From: Candidatus Aminicenantes bacterium
GTDB taxonomy: Bacteria; Acidobacteriota; Aminicenantia; Aminicenantales; Aminicenantaceae
Assembly (NCBI GenBank): GCA_011772475.1
Contig: WVZK01000185.1
Coordinates: 60,648-124,647, forward strand
Direction: 5' to 3'
DNA: 64,000 bases
Below the pieces are notes generated by a model. The model saw only the letters and a program-made list of their open reading frames with translations, had not been told where the DNA came from and did not search any database. Both the position numbers and the translations under genes were made by a program. The stretch's first letter is position 1, and each line of letters opens with the position of its first letter. This document shows positions 17,018 through 26,062 of the stretch, piece after piece.

Positions 17018-17161
17018 ATGCAGATTGTATATAACCTTATAGTCCTTTACCTGGTAGGCCATCTAATCTGGTATCTCTTTCGCGAGAAAAAGTTCTGGAA
17101 TAAGGTTTGTGCTGTTCTTGTGCTCATAATGTTTCTTCTGCGTCTTTTTCTGATTAAGTAA
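17018..17161 (+). CDS. 47-aa predicted two-helix membrane peptide (below the ORF-track length cut-off)
   Basis: ATG preceded by GAGG 6 nt upstream. Reads MQIVYNLIVLYLVGHLIWYLFREKKFWNKVCAVLVLIMFLLRLFLIK. It sits 9 nt after the permease stop and 3 nt before the next start. Confidence 0.4.
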   Translation: MQIVYNLIVLYLVGHLIWYLFREKKFWNKVCAVLVLIMFLLRLFLIK

Positions 17162-17164
17162 TCC

Positions 17165-18295
17165 ATGAAAAAAATAAGAAGTAAGTTAATCTCAAGTGTT
17201 CTTCTTCTTTTAACTCTCGTTATCTGCTTTTTATCCGGATTTAAGTTTCTCAGCATGCAAAAAAAAGAAGATGTCTTCCCGACCGAAGGGCTTACATCAA
17301 AAAAAATGCTAAGCTCCTATTTCCAGACCCTGAAAAACACTTGGGGAGATACAGAAGTTTACATCTATGAAGGACAAGAAAAAGGTGGAAACCTTTTGAT
17401 CCAAGGGGGCGCCCACCCCAATGAGCCCGCAGGATTCATAACTGCTGTTCTGCTCATCGAAAATATTCAAGCTACAAAAGGAAAAATCGTTATTATTCCT
17501 CGGGCCAATAACAGCGGTTTTACTCATAGCGACCCTCAGGAAGGAAATCCTCAGAGGTATTCCATTGAAACATCAGCAGGTAGAAGGAGCTTTCGCTACG
17601 GTTCACGCCTGACCAACCCAATCCACCAATGGCCGGACCCAACGCTTTACATCAATCCCGCAGGCCAAAAACTCTCAGGAACAGAAAGTCGAAACCTCAA
17701 CCGCTGCTATCCTGGGAGAAAAAATGGTCGCTTAACAGAAAAAGTCGCCTACGGAATCATGGAACTTTTCAAAAAGGAAAAAATAGATTTAGCCATCGAC
17801 CTGCATGAGTCAGCTCCTGAATATCCCGTGATTAATGCCATAGTCTTCCACGAGAACAGTGAAGAGCTTGCAGCTCTTGCGCTCATGGAGCTTCAACTGC
17901 AAGGATTTGAATTTAGCCTTGAATTTTCCCCAAAGAACCTTCGAGGTTTGAGCCATCGAGAATGGGGAGATAACACTCAGGCTATGGCCATCCTTCTTGA
18001 GAGCGCAAATGCCTCGCACGGAAGGCTCAAAGGAAAGACATCCCCTGCCCTTATTCTCGAAGGAAAAGATAAGAATTACGTGAAGGCAGCAAAGCTTGGA
18101 CGACTTTTTGTCCCGTATGATGAGGAAGGAGTTCCTCTAAAGCTAAGAGTGGCTCGCCACCTAGCAGCTGTAAAATCCATCCTCTCAAGCTTCGAAGAAC
18201 TGCATCCTGAGAAAAAGACTGAAATCAAAAATATGCCATCCTCCAACGAGGTAAGAATGAAGGGGATAGGGCCTTTTCTCCACCCTCCAAACTGA
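17165..18295 (+). CDS. M14-like zinc hydrolase of the succinylglutamate desuccinylase/aspartoacylase (AstE/AspA) type, exported or membrane-anchored
   Basis: GGAHPNEPAG (HxxE zinc ligands) and DLHES. N-terminal hydrophobic anchor. Confidence 0.6.
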   Translation: MKKIRSKLISSVLLLLTLVICFLSGFKFLSMQKKEDVFPTEGLTSKKMLSSYFQTLKNTWGDTEVYIYEGQEKGGNLLIQGGAHPNEPAGFITAVLLIENIQATKGKIVIIPRANNSGFTHSDPQEGNPQRYSIETSAGRRSFRYGSRLTNPIHQWPDPTLYINPAGQKLSGTESRNLNRCYPGRKNGRLTEKVAYGIMELFKKEKIDLAIDLHESAPEYPVINAIVFHENSEELAALALMELQLQGFEFSLEFSPKNLRGLSHREWGDNTQAMAILLESANASHGRLKGKTSPALILEGKDKNYVKAAKLGRLFVPYDEEGVPLKLRVARHLAAVKSILSSFEELHPEKKTEIKNMPSSNEVRMKGIGPFLHPPN

Positions 18296-18325
18296 CGCTA
18301 AGTTAAGATATTACCTGTATTTAGA

Positions 18326-18357
18326 TTGACAAACAGCCTCTCCTAATGTACTATAAT
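18326..18357 (+). promoter_or_regulatory. Candidate sigma-70 promoter for ispH-rpsA
   Basis: TTGACA-17 nt-TACTAT (overlapping TATAAT), about 25 nt upstream of the ispH ATG. Confidence 0.45.
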
Positions 18358-18380
18358 TTTTCGACAAAATTTCTAGAAAT

Positions 18381-19259
18381 ATGGAAATCATAGTAGCCAA
18401 AAACTCAGGATTGTGTTACGGAGTCAGAAGAGCTTTGGATATTGCAGCTGAAACAAGACAGAAGAAAGCCGGGAAAGTCTTTACTCTAGGAGACCTGATC
18501 CACAACCCTCAGGTTATAGCCGACCTGGAAAGACAAAGAATTCACTCCATAAACGACCTGGGCGGAATCAATAAAGCGACAGTAATTATCCGAAGCCATG
18601 GAGTCTCTCCCGATATTTACAGATCACTCGCAAAAAAAAACATTAAAATCGTTGACGCTACCTGCCCCATCGTCAAAAAAATTCAAAAACTAGTCGAGGT
18701 TCTGGCCAAGGAAAAAGAAGAAATAATCATCGTCGGGAACAAGGAACATCCAGAAATAAAAGGACTTATCGGATTCAGTCAAGGCAAGGGGATAATTGTA
18801 GAAAACGAGGACCAGGTCAAAAGCCTGCCTAACAGAAAAAAAAGAGCTGTCCTGGCGCAGTCCACACAGGACCTCTACCTGTTTGAAAAAATTGTCGCCG
18901 CTCTCATCGAAAAAACTAAGGAGTTGAAGGTCTACAATACTATCTGTCGCTCAACCCAAACTCGACAAAAATCTACTTCTGAATTGGCATCGTATGTCGA
19001 CACGCTTTTTATAGTGGGGGGAAAGAACAGCTCCAACACTAACAAACTTTATCAGATTTCAAAAAGGATTCTGCCCAACACATACTTTATTGAAAGCGCC
19101 GCTCAAATTAAGCCTGAAATGCTTAAAGGAGCGAAACAAATAGGACTTTCAGGAGGCGCTTCCACTCCTCCTAAAGCTATCCAAGAAGCTGTAGCTAAAA
19201 TTAGAGCTAGCTTCAAACACCAATTTCACAGGGAGAAGACCGTCCAATGTCAGAGATAA
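18381..19259 (+). CDS. ispH: 4-hydroxy-3-methylbut-2-enyl diphosphate reductase
   Basis: GLCYGVRRALDIA, DATCPIVKK and the third Cys region NTICRST. The ispH-rpsA linkage is common. Confidence 0.9.
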   Translation: MEIIVAKNSGLCYGVRRALDIAAETRQKKAGKVFTLGDLIHNPQVIADLERQRIHSINDLGGINKATVIIRSHGVSPDIYRSLAKKNIKIVDATCPIVKKIQKLVEVLAKEKEEIIIVGNKEHPEIKGLIGFSQGKGIIVENEDQVKSLPNRKKRAVLAQSTQDLYLFEKIVAALIEKTKELKVYNTICRSTQTRQKSTSELASYVDTLFIVGGKNSSNTNKLYQISKRILPNTYFIESAAQIKPEMLKGAKQIGLSGGASTPPKAIQEAVAKIRASFKHQFHREKTVQCQR

Positions 19260-20989
19260 CAAAAAAAGAAGAGGAAAATCTCTCTTCTAAAGATTACGAG
19301 AATTTACTGGATCAATACCAGTTCAACGCCAAAGAAATAGCCCCCGGGAAAATAATCAAAGGTAAAGTGATTAAAGTTACTTCAGCCCATGCCCTCATAG
19401 ATATCGGATTTAAATCCGAAGGCGTCATTCCCATGGAGGATTTCACTGACGTCAAGGATAAAAGCGAAATCCATCCAGGTGACAATATTGAGGCGATCGT
19501 GGAGAGAAGCGACTTGAAAGAAGGCTATCTTATCCTCTCCCATAAAAAAGCAATCGCATTCAAAGCATTGAATAGTCTGGAAAGAGCTTACAACCATCAG
19601 ACATGGGTAATGGGGAAAATAATTGAAAAAATAAAAAATGGATACACTGTCAATGTAGGAATCAATACTTTCCTCCCTGACTCGCATGCCGACGTAAGAG
19701 CGGTCAAAGAGCCTGAAAACCTTATAGGGAATAGATATAAATTTAAAGTTATAAAGTTTGACCGTAAATCAGAAAATGCTGTACTTTCCCGAAAACTTTT
19801 CCTCCAAGATGAAAGAGAAAAAAGAAGAGTTCGGGTATTCGGCCAGCTAAGTCAGGGACAAAAAATCAAGGGGCAAGTGAAAAGCCTGACAAACTTCGGA
19901 GCATTCATAGATCTGGGAGGAATAGAAGGGCTCCTTCACGTTTCGGATATGTCTTGGGGAAAAATCAATCATCCTTCGGAAATCTTCAAAGTCGGGCATA
20001 AAGTGGAAGTTGTAGTCCTCGATTTTAATGAAAAAGAGGAAAAAATTTCTCTTGGGTATAAACAAATGACCCCCAATCCTTGGGAAAACGTAGAAGAAAA
20101 ATACAAGGTAGGGCAAAAAATAACAGGTAAGGTAGTAAGCTTGGCTGATTTTGGAGCCTTTATAGAGCTCGAAAAGGGAGTGGAGGGATTGATCCACGTT
20201 TCAGACCTGACCTGGACTCGAAAAGTTGTTCATCCAAAAAAAGTCCTCACTCCAGGAGAAGAAGTCACGGTTTCCATTCTGAATATCAATCCTTCTAAAA
20301 AAAGAATTTCTCTAGGCCTTAAACAGGTGATGCCACATCCTTTAGAATTGCTCAAGCAGAAATACAGCCCCGGGGCCCGAGTCAAGGGCACCATAACAAG
20401 CGTGACCGATTTTGGTGCATTCATGGAAGTGGAGGAAGGAGTTGAAGGTCTCATCCATATTTCTGATATTTCCTGGGAAAAAATAAAACATCCTTCGGAA
20501 AAGCTAAAAGCTGGCGAGGAAGCAGAGGCCATCATCTTAAACATTGACGTGGAAAAGCAAAAACTGTCGCTCGGCATAAAGCAACTAGAAGGAGATATCT
20601 GGGAAGATTTTTTCAATCGACAAAAGATAGGAGACCTTGTTAAAACCAAGATCGTCCGACTCACTGATTTTGGGGTTTTTGTTGAGATAACTCCAGGAAT
20701 CGAAGGGATTGTTTTCCTATCAGAGCTGGATGAACAGAAAATTGAAAAGCCAGAAGAGGCATTTTCCCAAGGAGAAGAAAAAATAGCAAAAATCATAAAA
20801 ATGAATCCTAAGGAGAAAAAAATATCGCTCAGCTTTAAGCAAGCTCGCTTAGAGCTCCAAAAATTAGAATATCAAAAATACATTGAGAGCCAAGATAATA
20901 AACTCACTCTAGGGGATGTCTTTAAGGATCATTTCAAAAAAATCCAATCTCCAAAAAAGCAAATAAAAAGGAGGAAAAAAGATGATTAA
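19247..20989 (+). CDS. rpsA: 30S ribosomal protein S1
   Basis: Six repeated S1 domains (G.V..vt.FGAF.dl.g.eGL.H.S). Confidence 0.9.
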   Translation: MSEITKKEEENLSSKDYENLLDQYQFNAKEIAPGKIIKGKVIKVTSAHALIDIGFKSEGVIPMEDFTDVKDKSEIHPGDNIEAIVERSDLKEGYLILSHKKAIAFKALNSLERAYNHQTWVMGKIIEKIKNGYTVNVGINTFLPDSHADVRAVKEPENLIGNRYKFKVIKFDRKSENAVLSRKLFLQDEREKRRVRVFGQLSQGQKIKGQVKSLTNFGAFIDLGGIEGLLHVSDMSWGKINHPSEIFKVGHKVEVVVLDFNEKEEKISLGYKQMTPNPWENVEEKYKVGQKITGKVVSLADFGAFIELEKGVEGLIHVSDLTWTRKVVHPKKVLTPGEEVTVSILNINPSKKRISLGLKQVMPHPLELLKQKYSPGARVKGTITSVTDFGAFMEVEEGVEGLIHISDISWEKIKHPSEKLKAGEEAEAIILNIDVEKQKLSLGIKQLEGDIWEDFFNRQKIGDLVKTKIVRLTDFGVFVEITPGIEGIVFLSELDEQKIEKPEEAFSQGEEKIAKIIKMNPKEKKISLSFKQARLELQKLEYQKYIESQDNKLTLGDVFKDHFKKIQSPKKQIKRRKKDD

Positions 20990-21260
20990 AGCTGATTTAA
21001 TCAACAAAATTTCCATAGAAATGAACATTTCCAAACAAGAAGCGGAAACAGGAGTAAATCTTTTTTTTGAAACTATAAAAGATGCGATCTTAAGGGGGGA
21101 AGAAATAGAATTAAGGGGTTTCGGAAGCTTCCGCTTCAGACAAAGAAATTCGCGTTCAGGAAGAAATCCTCGAACTGGTGAACCAGTTCATGTTCCTCCT
21201 AAGAAGGTTTTATATTTTAAGCCGAGTAAAATCCTAAAAAACCTGATAAATAGTAAATAA
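20982..21260 (+). CDS. HU/IHF-family DNA-binding protein (IHF-beta-like position after rpsA)
   Basis: 92 aa. GFGSFRFRQRNSRSGRNPRTGEPVHVP beta-arm signature. The gene order rpsA followed by an IHF-family gene is as in E. coli rpsA-ihfB. Confidence 0.85.
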   Translation: MIKADLINKISIEMNISKQEAETGVNLFFETIKDAILRGEEIELRGFGSFRFRQRNSRSGRNPRTGEPVHVPPKKVLYFKPSKILKNLINSK

Positions 21261-21757
21261 TGGAATACATCTCTGCTCCCTGGAGAAAGGAATACGTTAA
21301 ACGAATATCCAAGATGAGCGGATGCATTTTTTGCCAAGCTCTTAAATCAAAAGTCGACAAAGGAGCGTTCATCCTCTTTAGAGGCGCTCACAACTTCATA
21401 GTGTTGAATAAATATCCTTACACGTCTGGCCACTTGATGATTGCTCCTTATAAACACATTTCTTCGTTTGAGCGCGCAAAAAAAGAATCGACTGACGAGC
21501 TGTCAGATCTCCTCAAATTAAGCCTGAAGGTTCTGAAAAAGAAATACTGTCCTCAGGGCTTCAATACTGGGATGAATTTGGGCAAGTGTGCCGGTGCAGG
21601 CGTTGCCAATCATTATCATCTCCACGTGATACCACGCTGGACCGGAGATTCGCATTTCATGCCTATCGTCGGCAAAACAAAGGTGATGATAGAAGATCTC
21701 GAAACAACATACGATCAGCTCTTTCCGCTCTTTCAGAAAGAAAAATTAGGCCCGTAA
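21260..21757 (+). CDS. HIT-family nucleotide hydrolase/transferase
   Basis: Histidine triad NHYHLHVIPRW. Confidence 0.8.
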   Translation: MEYISAPWRKEYVKRISKMSGCIFCQALKSKVDKGAFILFRGAHNFIVLNKYPYTSGHLMIAPYKHISSFERAKKESTDELSDLLKLSLKVLKKKYCPQGFNTGMNLGKCAGAGVANHYHLHVIPRWTGDSHFMPIVGKTKVMIEDLETTYDQLFPLFQKEKLGP

Positions 21758-21832
21758 GAAATTGAGGTTTAAACATCTTTGCCTTTATAACAGAAGAGGA
21801 AAGCAGATTTTCAGTACAGAAAAAATTTAAAA

Positions 21833-22978
21833 ATGAATTTTGAACTTTCAGAAGACCAAAAGTTAATTAAAGATATGGTAAGGGATTTTGCCCAGAACGA
21901 GATTATGCCTAAAATAAAGGCAATGGAAGATACCCACCAATTTCCTCATGAATTATTAAATAAGCTGGGAAAGCAAGGCATCCTGGGTATGACGATTCCC
22001 TCAGAATACGGAGGCACAAAAACAGACCACCTATCGCTTATTCTAACCCTTGAGGAAATAGCCAGAGCATCTCCTTCACTGGCCGTTATCGTCAGCGTCC
22101 ATTGTGCGCTTTTTTGCCAATCCATCATGAAGTTTGGAAATAAATTCCAGAAAGAGAAATATCTGCCAAAAGCTGCCAAAGGGGAGATATTGGGAGCTTT
22201 TTCCTTGACTGAGCCAGGGGCAGGTTCAGATGCAACAAACCTTAAAACGAAATCCATAAGAGAAGATGACTTTTATATCCTAAACGGGACAAAATCATGG
22301 GTTACAACCGGAAGCAAAGCAGACGCCTCTGTTATTTTTGCCTCTGCAGATAGTAAACTAAGCTCGAAGAAACTGAATGCTTTTATCGTCGAGAAAAATT
22401 TCCCGGGATTTACGGCCTCCAAGATTGAAGAAAAGATGGGGCTGCATTCATCTTTGACTTCAGAACTGGTCTTGGAAGATTGTCGAGTTCCTGCAGAAAA
22501 TCTTTTGGGAGGAGAAGGAAAAGGAGCGACAGTTGCCTTCCGTTGCCTTGAAGGCTCAAGAATCGGGATTGCCGCTCAAGCCGTTGGCCTCGCTGATAGG
22601 GCCATAGAAGAGGGAGTTAAATATGCTCAGCAACGAGAAGCCTTCGGTAAGAAAATTTCCGAATTTCAGGCTATTCAATTCATGATCGCTGATATGGCTA
22701 CAGCCAGAGATGCGGCTCGATTGCTAACTTACAAGGCCGCTGATTTATTCGATAAAGGGAAACCCTATACCAAGGAATCCTCTATGGCCAAACTCTTCGC
22801 TTCGGAAGCAGCCAATAAAATCGCCTATCAAGCTTTACAAATTCACGGAGGTTTTGGATACTCAAGAGAATTTTTGGTTGAGCAACTTTATAGAGATGCC
22901 AGGGTCTTTTCTATCTATGAAGGCACTTCTGAGATTCAACGTCTGGTCATCTCTCGATATATATTAGAAGAATGCTGA
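21833..22978 (+). CDS. Acyl-CoA dehydrogenase (short/medium-chain type)
   Basis: LTEPGAGSD, QIHGGFGY and the C-terminal YEGTSEIQRLVISR. Confidence 0.9.
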   Translation: MNFELSEDQKLIKDMVRDFAQNEIMPKIKAMEDTHQFPHELLNKLGKQGILGMTIPSEYGGTKTDHLSLILTLEEIARASPSLAVIVSVHCALFCQSIMKFGNKFQKEKYLPKAAKGEILGAFSLTEPGAGSDATNLKTKSIREDDFYILNGTKSWVTTGSKADASVIFASADSKLSSKKLNAFIVEKNFPGFTASKIEEKMGLHSSLTSELVLEDCRVPAENLLGGEGKGATVAFRCLEGSRIGIAAQAVGLADRAIEEGVKYAQQREAFGKKISEFQAIQFMIADMATARDAARLLTYKAADLFDKGKPYTKESSMAKLFASEAANKIAYQALQIHGGFGYSREFLVEQLYRDARVFSIYEGTSEIQRLVISRYILEEC

Positions 22979-22983
22979 AAATA

Positions 22984-23178
22984 AAAAAGGGGACAGGCTA
23001 CTTTTTCTATATTAGCTGGCCCCACGGATAAAGGAACAGGAAGCTTTTCCTGAAGGAAAAAGGACGATGAATAATCGTGGAAGGAACACAAGAAAAAGGG
23101 ACCTGTCCCTTTTTTCTATAAACTCGGAAAAAGTAGCCTGGCCCCATTAACAGAAAATGGGGCCTGGCCCCATTTTTT
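22984..23178. repeat. Compound repeat locus: outer inverted pair, degenerate 78-nt element (23033-23109) and a perfect 23-nt palindrome (23154-23176)
   Basis: AAAAGGGGACAGGCTACTTTTT (22986-23007) versus AAAAAGTAGCCTGGCCCCATT (23128-23148). GGGACCTGTCCC at 23098-23109. AAAATGGGGCCTGGCCCCATTTT at 23154-23176. Confidence 0.8.
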
Positions 23179-23197
23179 ACAAAATTAAGGTGAGATC

Positions 23198-25129
23198 ATG
23201 TTAAAATCAATGCGAAGAAACGTAAAGAAGTTAGCTCCTACCCTATGGCTTGTTATTGCCGCTTTTATTATCACTATTTTTGCAGTATGGGGAGGAGCAG
23301 GCCGCTTGGGAGAAGCAAGAGCCGCAGGGGCCATTATCACCATAGGAAAAGAGAGAATTTCTGCCGATTTTTACTTCCAGAATCTAAGACAAAGGCTTGA
23401 GGGATTAAAAAGAGAGTTTAAAGAACTCGACAGTAAACTTATCCAGCAGCTCAATATTCCCCGACAAGTCCTCGAGCAGATAATCCAAGAAACCCTTCTC
23501 TTTCAAAAAGCTAAAGAATTAGGCATAGATGCTTCTTCGGAAGAGATTCGAGAAAAAATTATCGGCTATCCAGTTTTTCAAAGAGACGGAAAATTTGTTG
23601 GTTTTGAAGAATACAAGAGGATTCTGGAATGGAACCGAATCTCGATCACAGAATTTGAAGAGAGCCTCAGGAAAGAGGTCATCCTCAACAAAGTCATGAA
23701 AGTCCTCACAGCGGGAATAACCATTACTCCCGAAGAACTATGGGAAAGCTATAAGAACAAAAGTGAATCCGCCAAGATGGAATTTGCCATCCTTGAAACT
23801 GAAAAAATAGAACTTAAAGAGGAGCCTCTCTCGAGCGAAATTAAGGAATACTTTGAAGAGAACAAAGAAGAGTATAAAATCCCCGAGAGAAGAGAAGCTG
23901 CGTTTGTCTTTCTTAAAACCGAAGACTTAAAAGCAGAAATTGAACTGACTGATTCTGGCATAGAAAAATACTATAAAGAGAATGAATCACAGTTCAAAAA
24001 TCCTGAAAGATTGAAAGTCAGTAGAATCTATCTCCCTTATGATGAGAAGGAAAAAGAGCTTATTTTAGCCGAGGCCCAAGGAATTTTAGAGAGGATTAAA
24101 AGCGGTGAAGATTTCGGTGATTTAGCAAAAAAGCATTCTAAAGACAACAAAGCAGCTAACGGCGGAGATTGGGGGCTTTATGAATGGCAAACATTATCCT
24201 CTCGGGAGAAGACAGAAATCGAGAATCTTTCTGAGGGGGAGGCGTCTGGCGCTTTAGAACTTGAAGAGGGGGTATCTATTCTTAAAGTCACAGAAAAAAA
24301 GCCTTCGAGGATAAAACCCCTTGAAGAAGTCAAAGAAAGAATAAAAAACACCATCAAAGACCAGAAAGCCAGAGAGCTGGCTGAGGAGAGAATTAACCGA
24401 CTAGAAAAAAGGGCAAGAAAAGAGAAAAACCTTAGTGCAGAAGCTCCAATAATCGGGTTTGAATTAAAAAATACGGGTCTTCTCAAAAAGGGCGAAGCCA
24501 TGGAGGACATTGACTCTGCCGGCACCATAAGCAACGCTCTTTTTGAACTCGAAGAGAAGGAAATATCTTCCCCTATCTACACCTACCAAGGAGTGGGAAT
24601 TGCCCAACTCGAAAAAGTGGAAATTCCTCGCCAAGCTAACTTTGAAGAAGTGGAAGAGGAAGTCAAACAGGAATTCGAAACCATAAGAAAAAAAGAAAAG
24701 GCCTTGGAAAAAATGAAAAAAGTCCAGGTAGAACTCAAAGAGGCAAGCCTTGAAAGCCTGGCTGAAAAACATGGCCTTGAATACAACACTGCCGATGAAC
24801 ACAAGCGAGGACAGTATTTAAGCGTTATCGGAGAAAATGCGAAAATCGACGAGCTCGCTTTTTCTCTTCCATTAAACGAAAGTAGCGAACCTGTCGAGTT
24901 TGGGGAAGGCTATGCCCTGATTAAAATACTGGACAGGAAAGAAGTGACTCGAGAAGATCTTGAGAAAGATAAGGAAACTGAAAAGGAAAATCTACTCGGT
25001 GCAAAAAAGAACAAATTCTTTCAATCATATATGTCCAAATTAAGAGAAGAAAAGAAAGTTAAGATAAAATACGACCTTTTCCTTAAGATTAGCTCTGATG
25101 TCCTCTCCAGGTACACGAAAGAAGAATAA
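23198..25129 (+). CDS. ppiD: PpiD/SurA-like periplasmic chaperone with a parvulin-type PPIase domain
   Basis: N-terminal membrane anchor, long helical chaperone region, and a parvulin-like segment (HSKDNKAANGGDWGLYEW). Confidence 0.7.
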   Translation: MLKSMRRNVKKLAPTLWLVIAAFIITIFAVWGGAGRLGEARAAGAIITIGKERISADFYFQNLRQRLEGLKREFKELDSKLIQQLNIPRQVLEQIIQETLLFQKAKELGIDASSEEIREKIIGYPVFQRDGKFVGFEEYKRILEWNRISITEFEESLRKEVILNKVMKVLTAGITITPEELWESYKNKSESAKMEFAILETEKIELKEEPLSSEIKEYFEENKEEYKIPERREAAFVFLKTEDLKAEIELTDSGIEKYYKENESQFKNPERLKVSRIYLPYDEKEKELILAEAQGILERIKSGEDFGDLAKKHSKDNKAANGGDWGLYEWQTLSSREKTEIENLSEGEASGALELEEGVSILKVTEKKPSRIKPLEEVKERIKNTIKDQKARELAEERINRLEKRARKEKNLSAEAPIIGFELKNTGLLKKGEAMEDIDSAGTISNALFELEEKEISSPIYTYQGVGIAQLEKVEIPRQANFEEVEEEVKQEFETIRKKEKALEKMKKVQVELKEASLESLAEKHGLEYNTADEHKRGQYLSVIGENAKIDELAFSLPLNESSEPVEFGEGYALIKILDRKEVTREDLEKDKETEKENLLGAKKNKFFQSYMSKLREEKKVKIKYDLFLKISSDVLSRYTKEE

Positions 25130-25134
25130 AAGGG

Positions 25135-25914
25135 TTAGGCTTTTTGAAGCTTTGAACCCAAGAATAATATATCTAAGATAAGGGCTTTTACTCTTTTCTC
25201 CAGGGCATCTCTAAATCTATCCACAGTTTCTGCAAATTCTCCCGCTAAATAATCAGTTATGTACATTGGCTCCCCAATTTTGACTTTTATCTTAGCAGGA
25301 ACAAGAAAAGGAACCTGAGTTCCGAGCATGGCTATAGGAGTTACAGGAACAGAGATTCCTTCCTCCTTATACATATTATAGGAAAGGATAGAAGCTCCTC
25401 TCTTGAAATAACCCACGTAAGGATTGGGATTCTTTTTCATCACTCGGCCCAGACCTTGAAGTGTGATGATCGCTTTCCCTTTTTTTAGATATTCTTGACA
25501 TTTCTCCATAGCCAGTCTCTTTCCATGGCTTAGATCTACAGGAATGGTGCCCACTTTAGCAATGTTTGACGATATATAGTTGACAGCAAGGGACTTTAGA
25601 GGGCTAAGGATAAAATCCAGCAAGAGACCGAAGTTCTTAAGATGGATCTTAAGATGATGTCTTATAAGGCGGTTAAATTCATCTCTATTGAATATCATCC
25701 TGTTGGCCGTAAAAAAACTCGGCCGAGGAATTATTTTTAATAAAGTGGCGATATCTTTAAACGTTCCGATATGATTGCCAACTATAATATTGGGTCCTCC
25801 TTTGACAAAATTCTCCTCTCCCATTATCTCAATTTTTTTGCCAAGAAGGGCAAGACTACTCGCTCCCTTAATTAGAGACTCTCTTCTTTTTAATTCTTCT
25901 TCGATGGTTGCCAT
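25135..25914 (-). CDS. Putative PlsC-like acyltransferase (atypical motif)
   Basis: IIVGNHIGTFKD resembles the acyltransferase NHx4D block but has five intervening residues. Size fits at 259 aa. Confidence 0.4.
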   Translation of the reverse strand: MATIEEELKRRESLIKGASSLALLGKKIEIMGEENFVKGGPNIIVGNHIGTFKDIATLLKIIPRPSFFTANRMIFNRDEFNRLIRHHLKIHLKNFGLLLDFILSPLKSLAVNYISSNIAKVGTIPVDLSHGKRLAMEKCQEYLKKGKAIITLQGLGRVMKKNPNPYVGYFKRGASILSYNMYKEEGISVPVTPIAMLGTQVPFLVPAKIKVKIGEPMYITDYLAGEFAETVDRFRDALEKRVKALILDILFLGSKLQKA

Positions 25915-26062
25915 TTCACTGATTCTTGATTCTTATTTTATACGAAATTAATGAAAAATTCAAAAAAGAGATTAGTTGAAAATGAAAAAAAATCATGATA
26001 ATTTAGCCCTAAAAAATTATTCGAAAGCCTCTCTTAATAATCTTATAGAGAAGGAGGAAAAG

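Noticed and set aside
22984-23178. Possible CRISPR array, given repeated GC-rich palindromes separated by unique sequence
   Set aside because: The repeats occur as inverted rather than direct copies, with irregular spacing (21 to ~120 nt) and at most 2-5 units per locus. No cas genes are present. They are scattered across seven intergenic regions.
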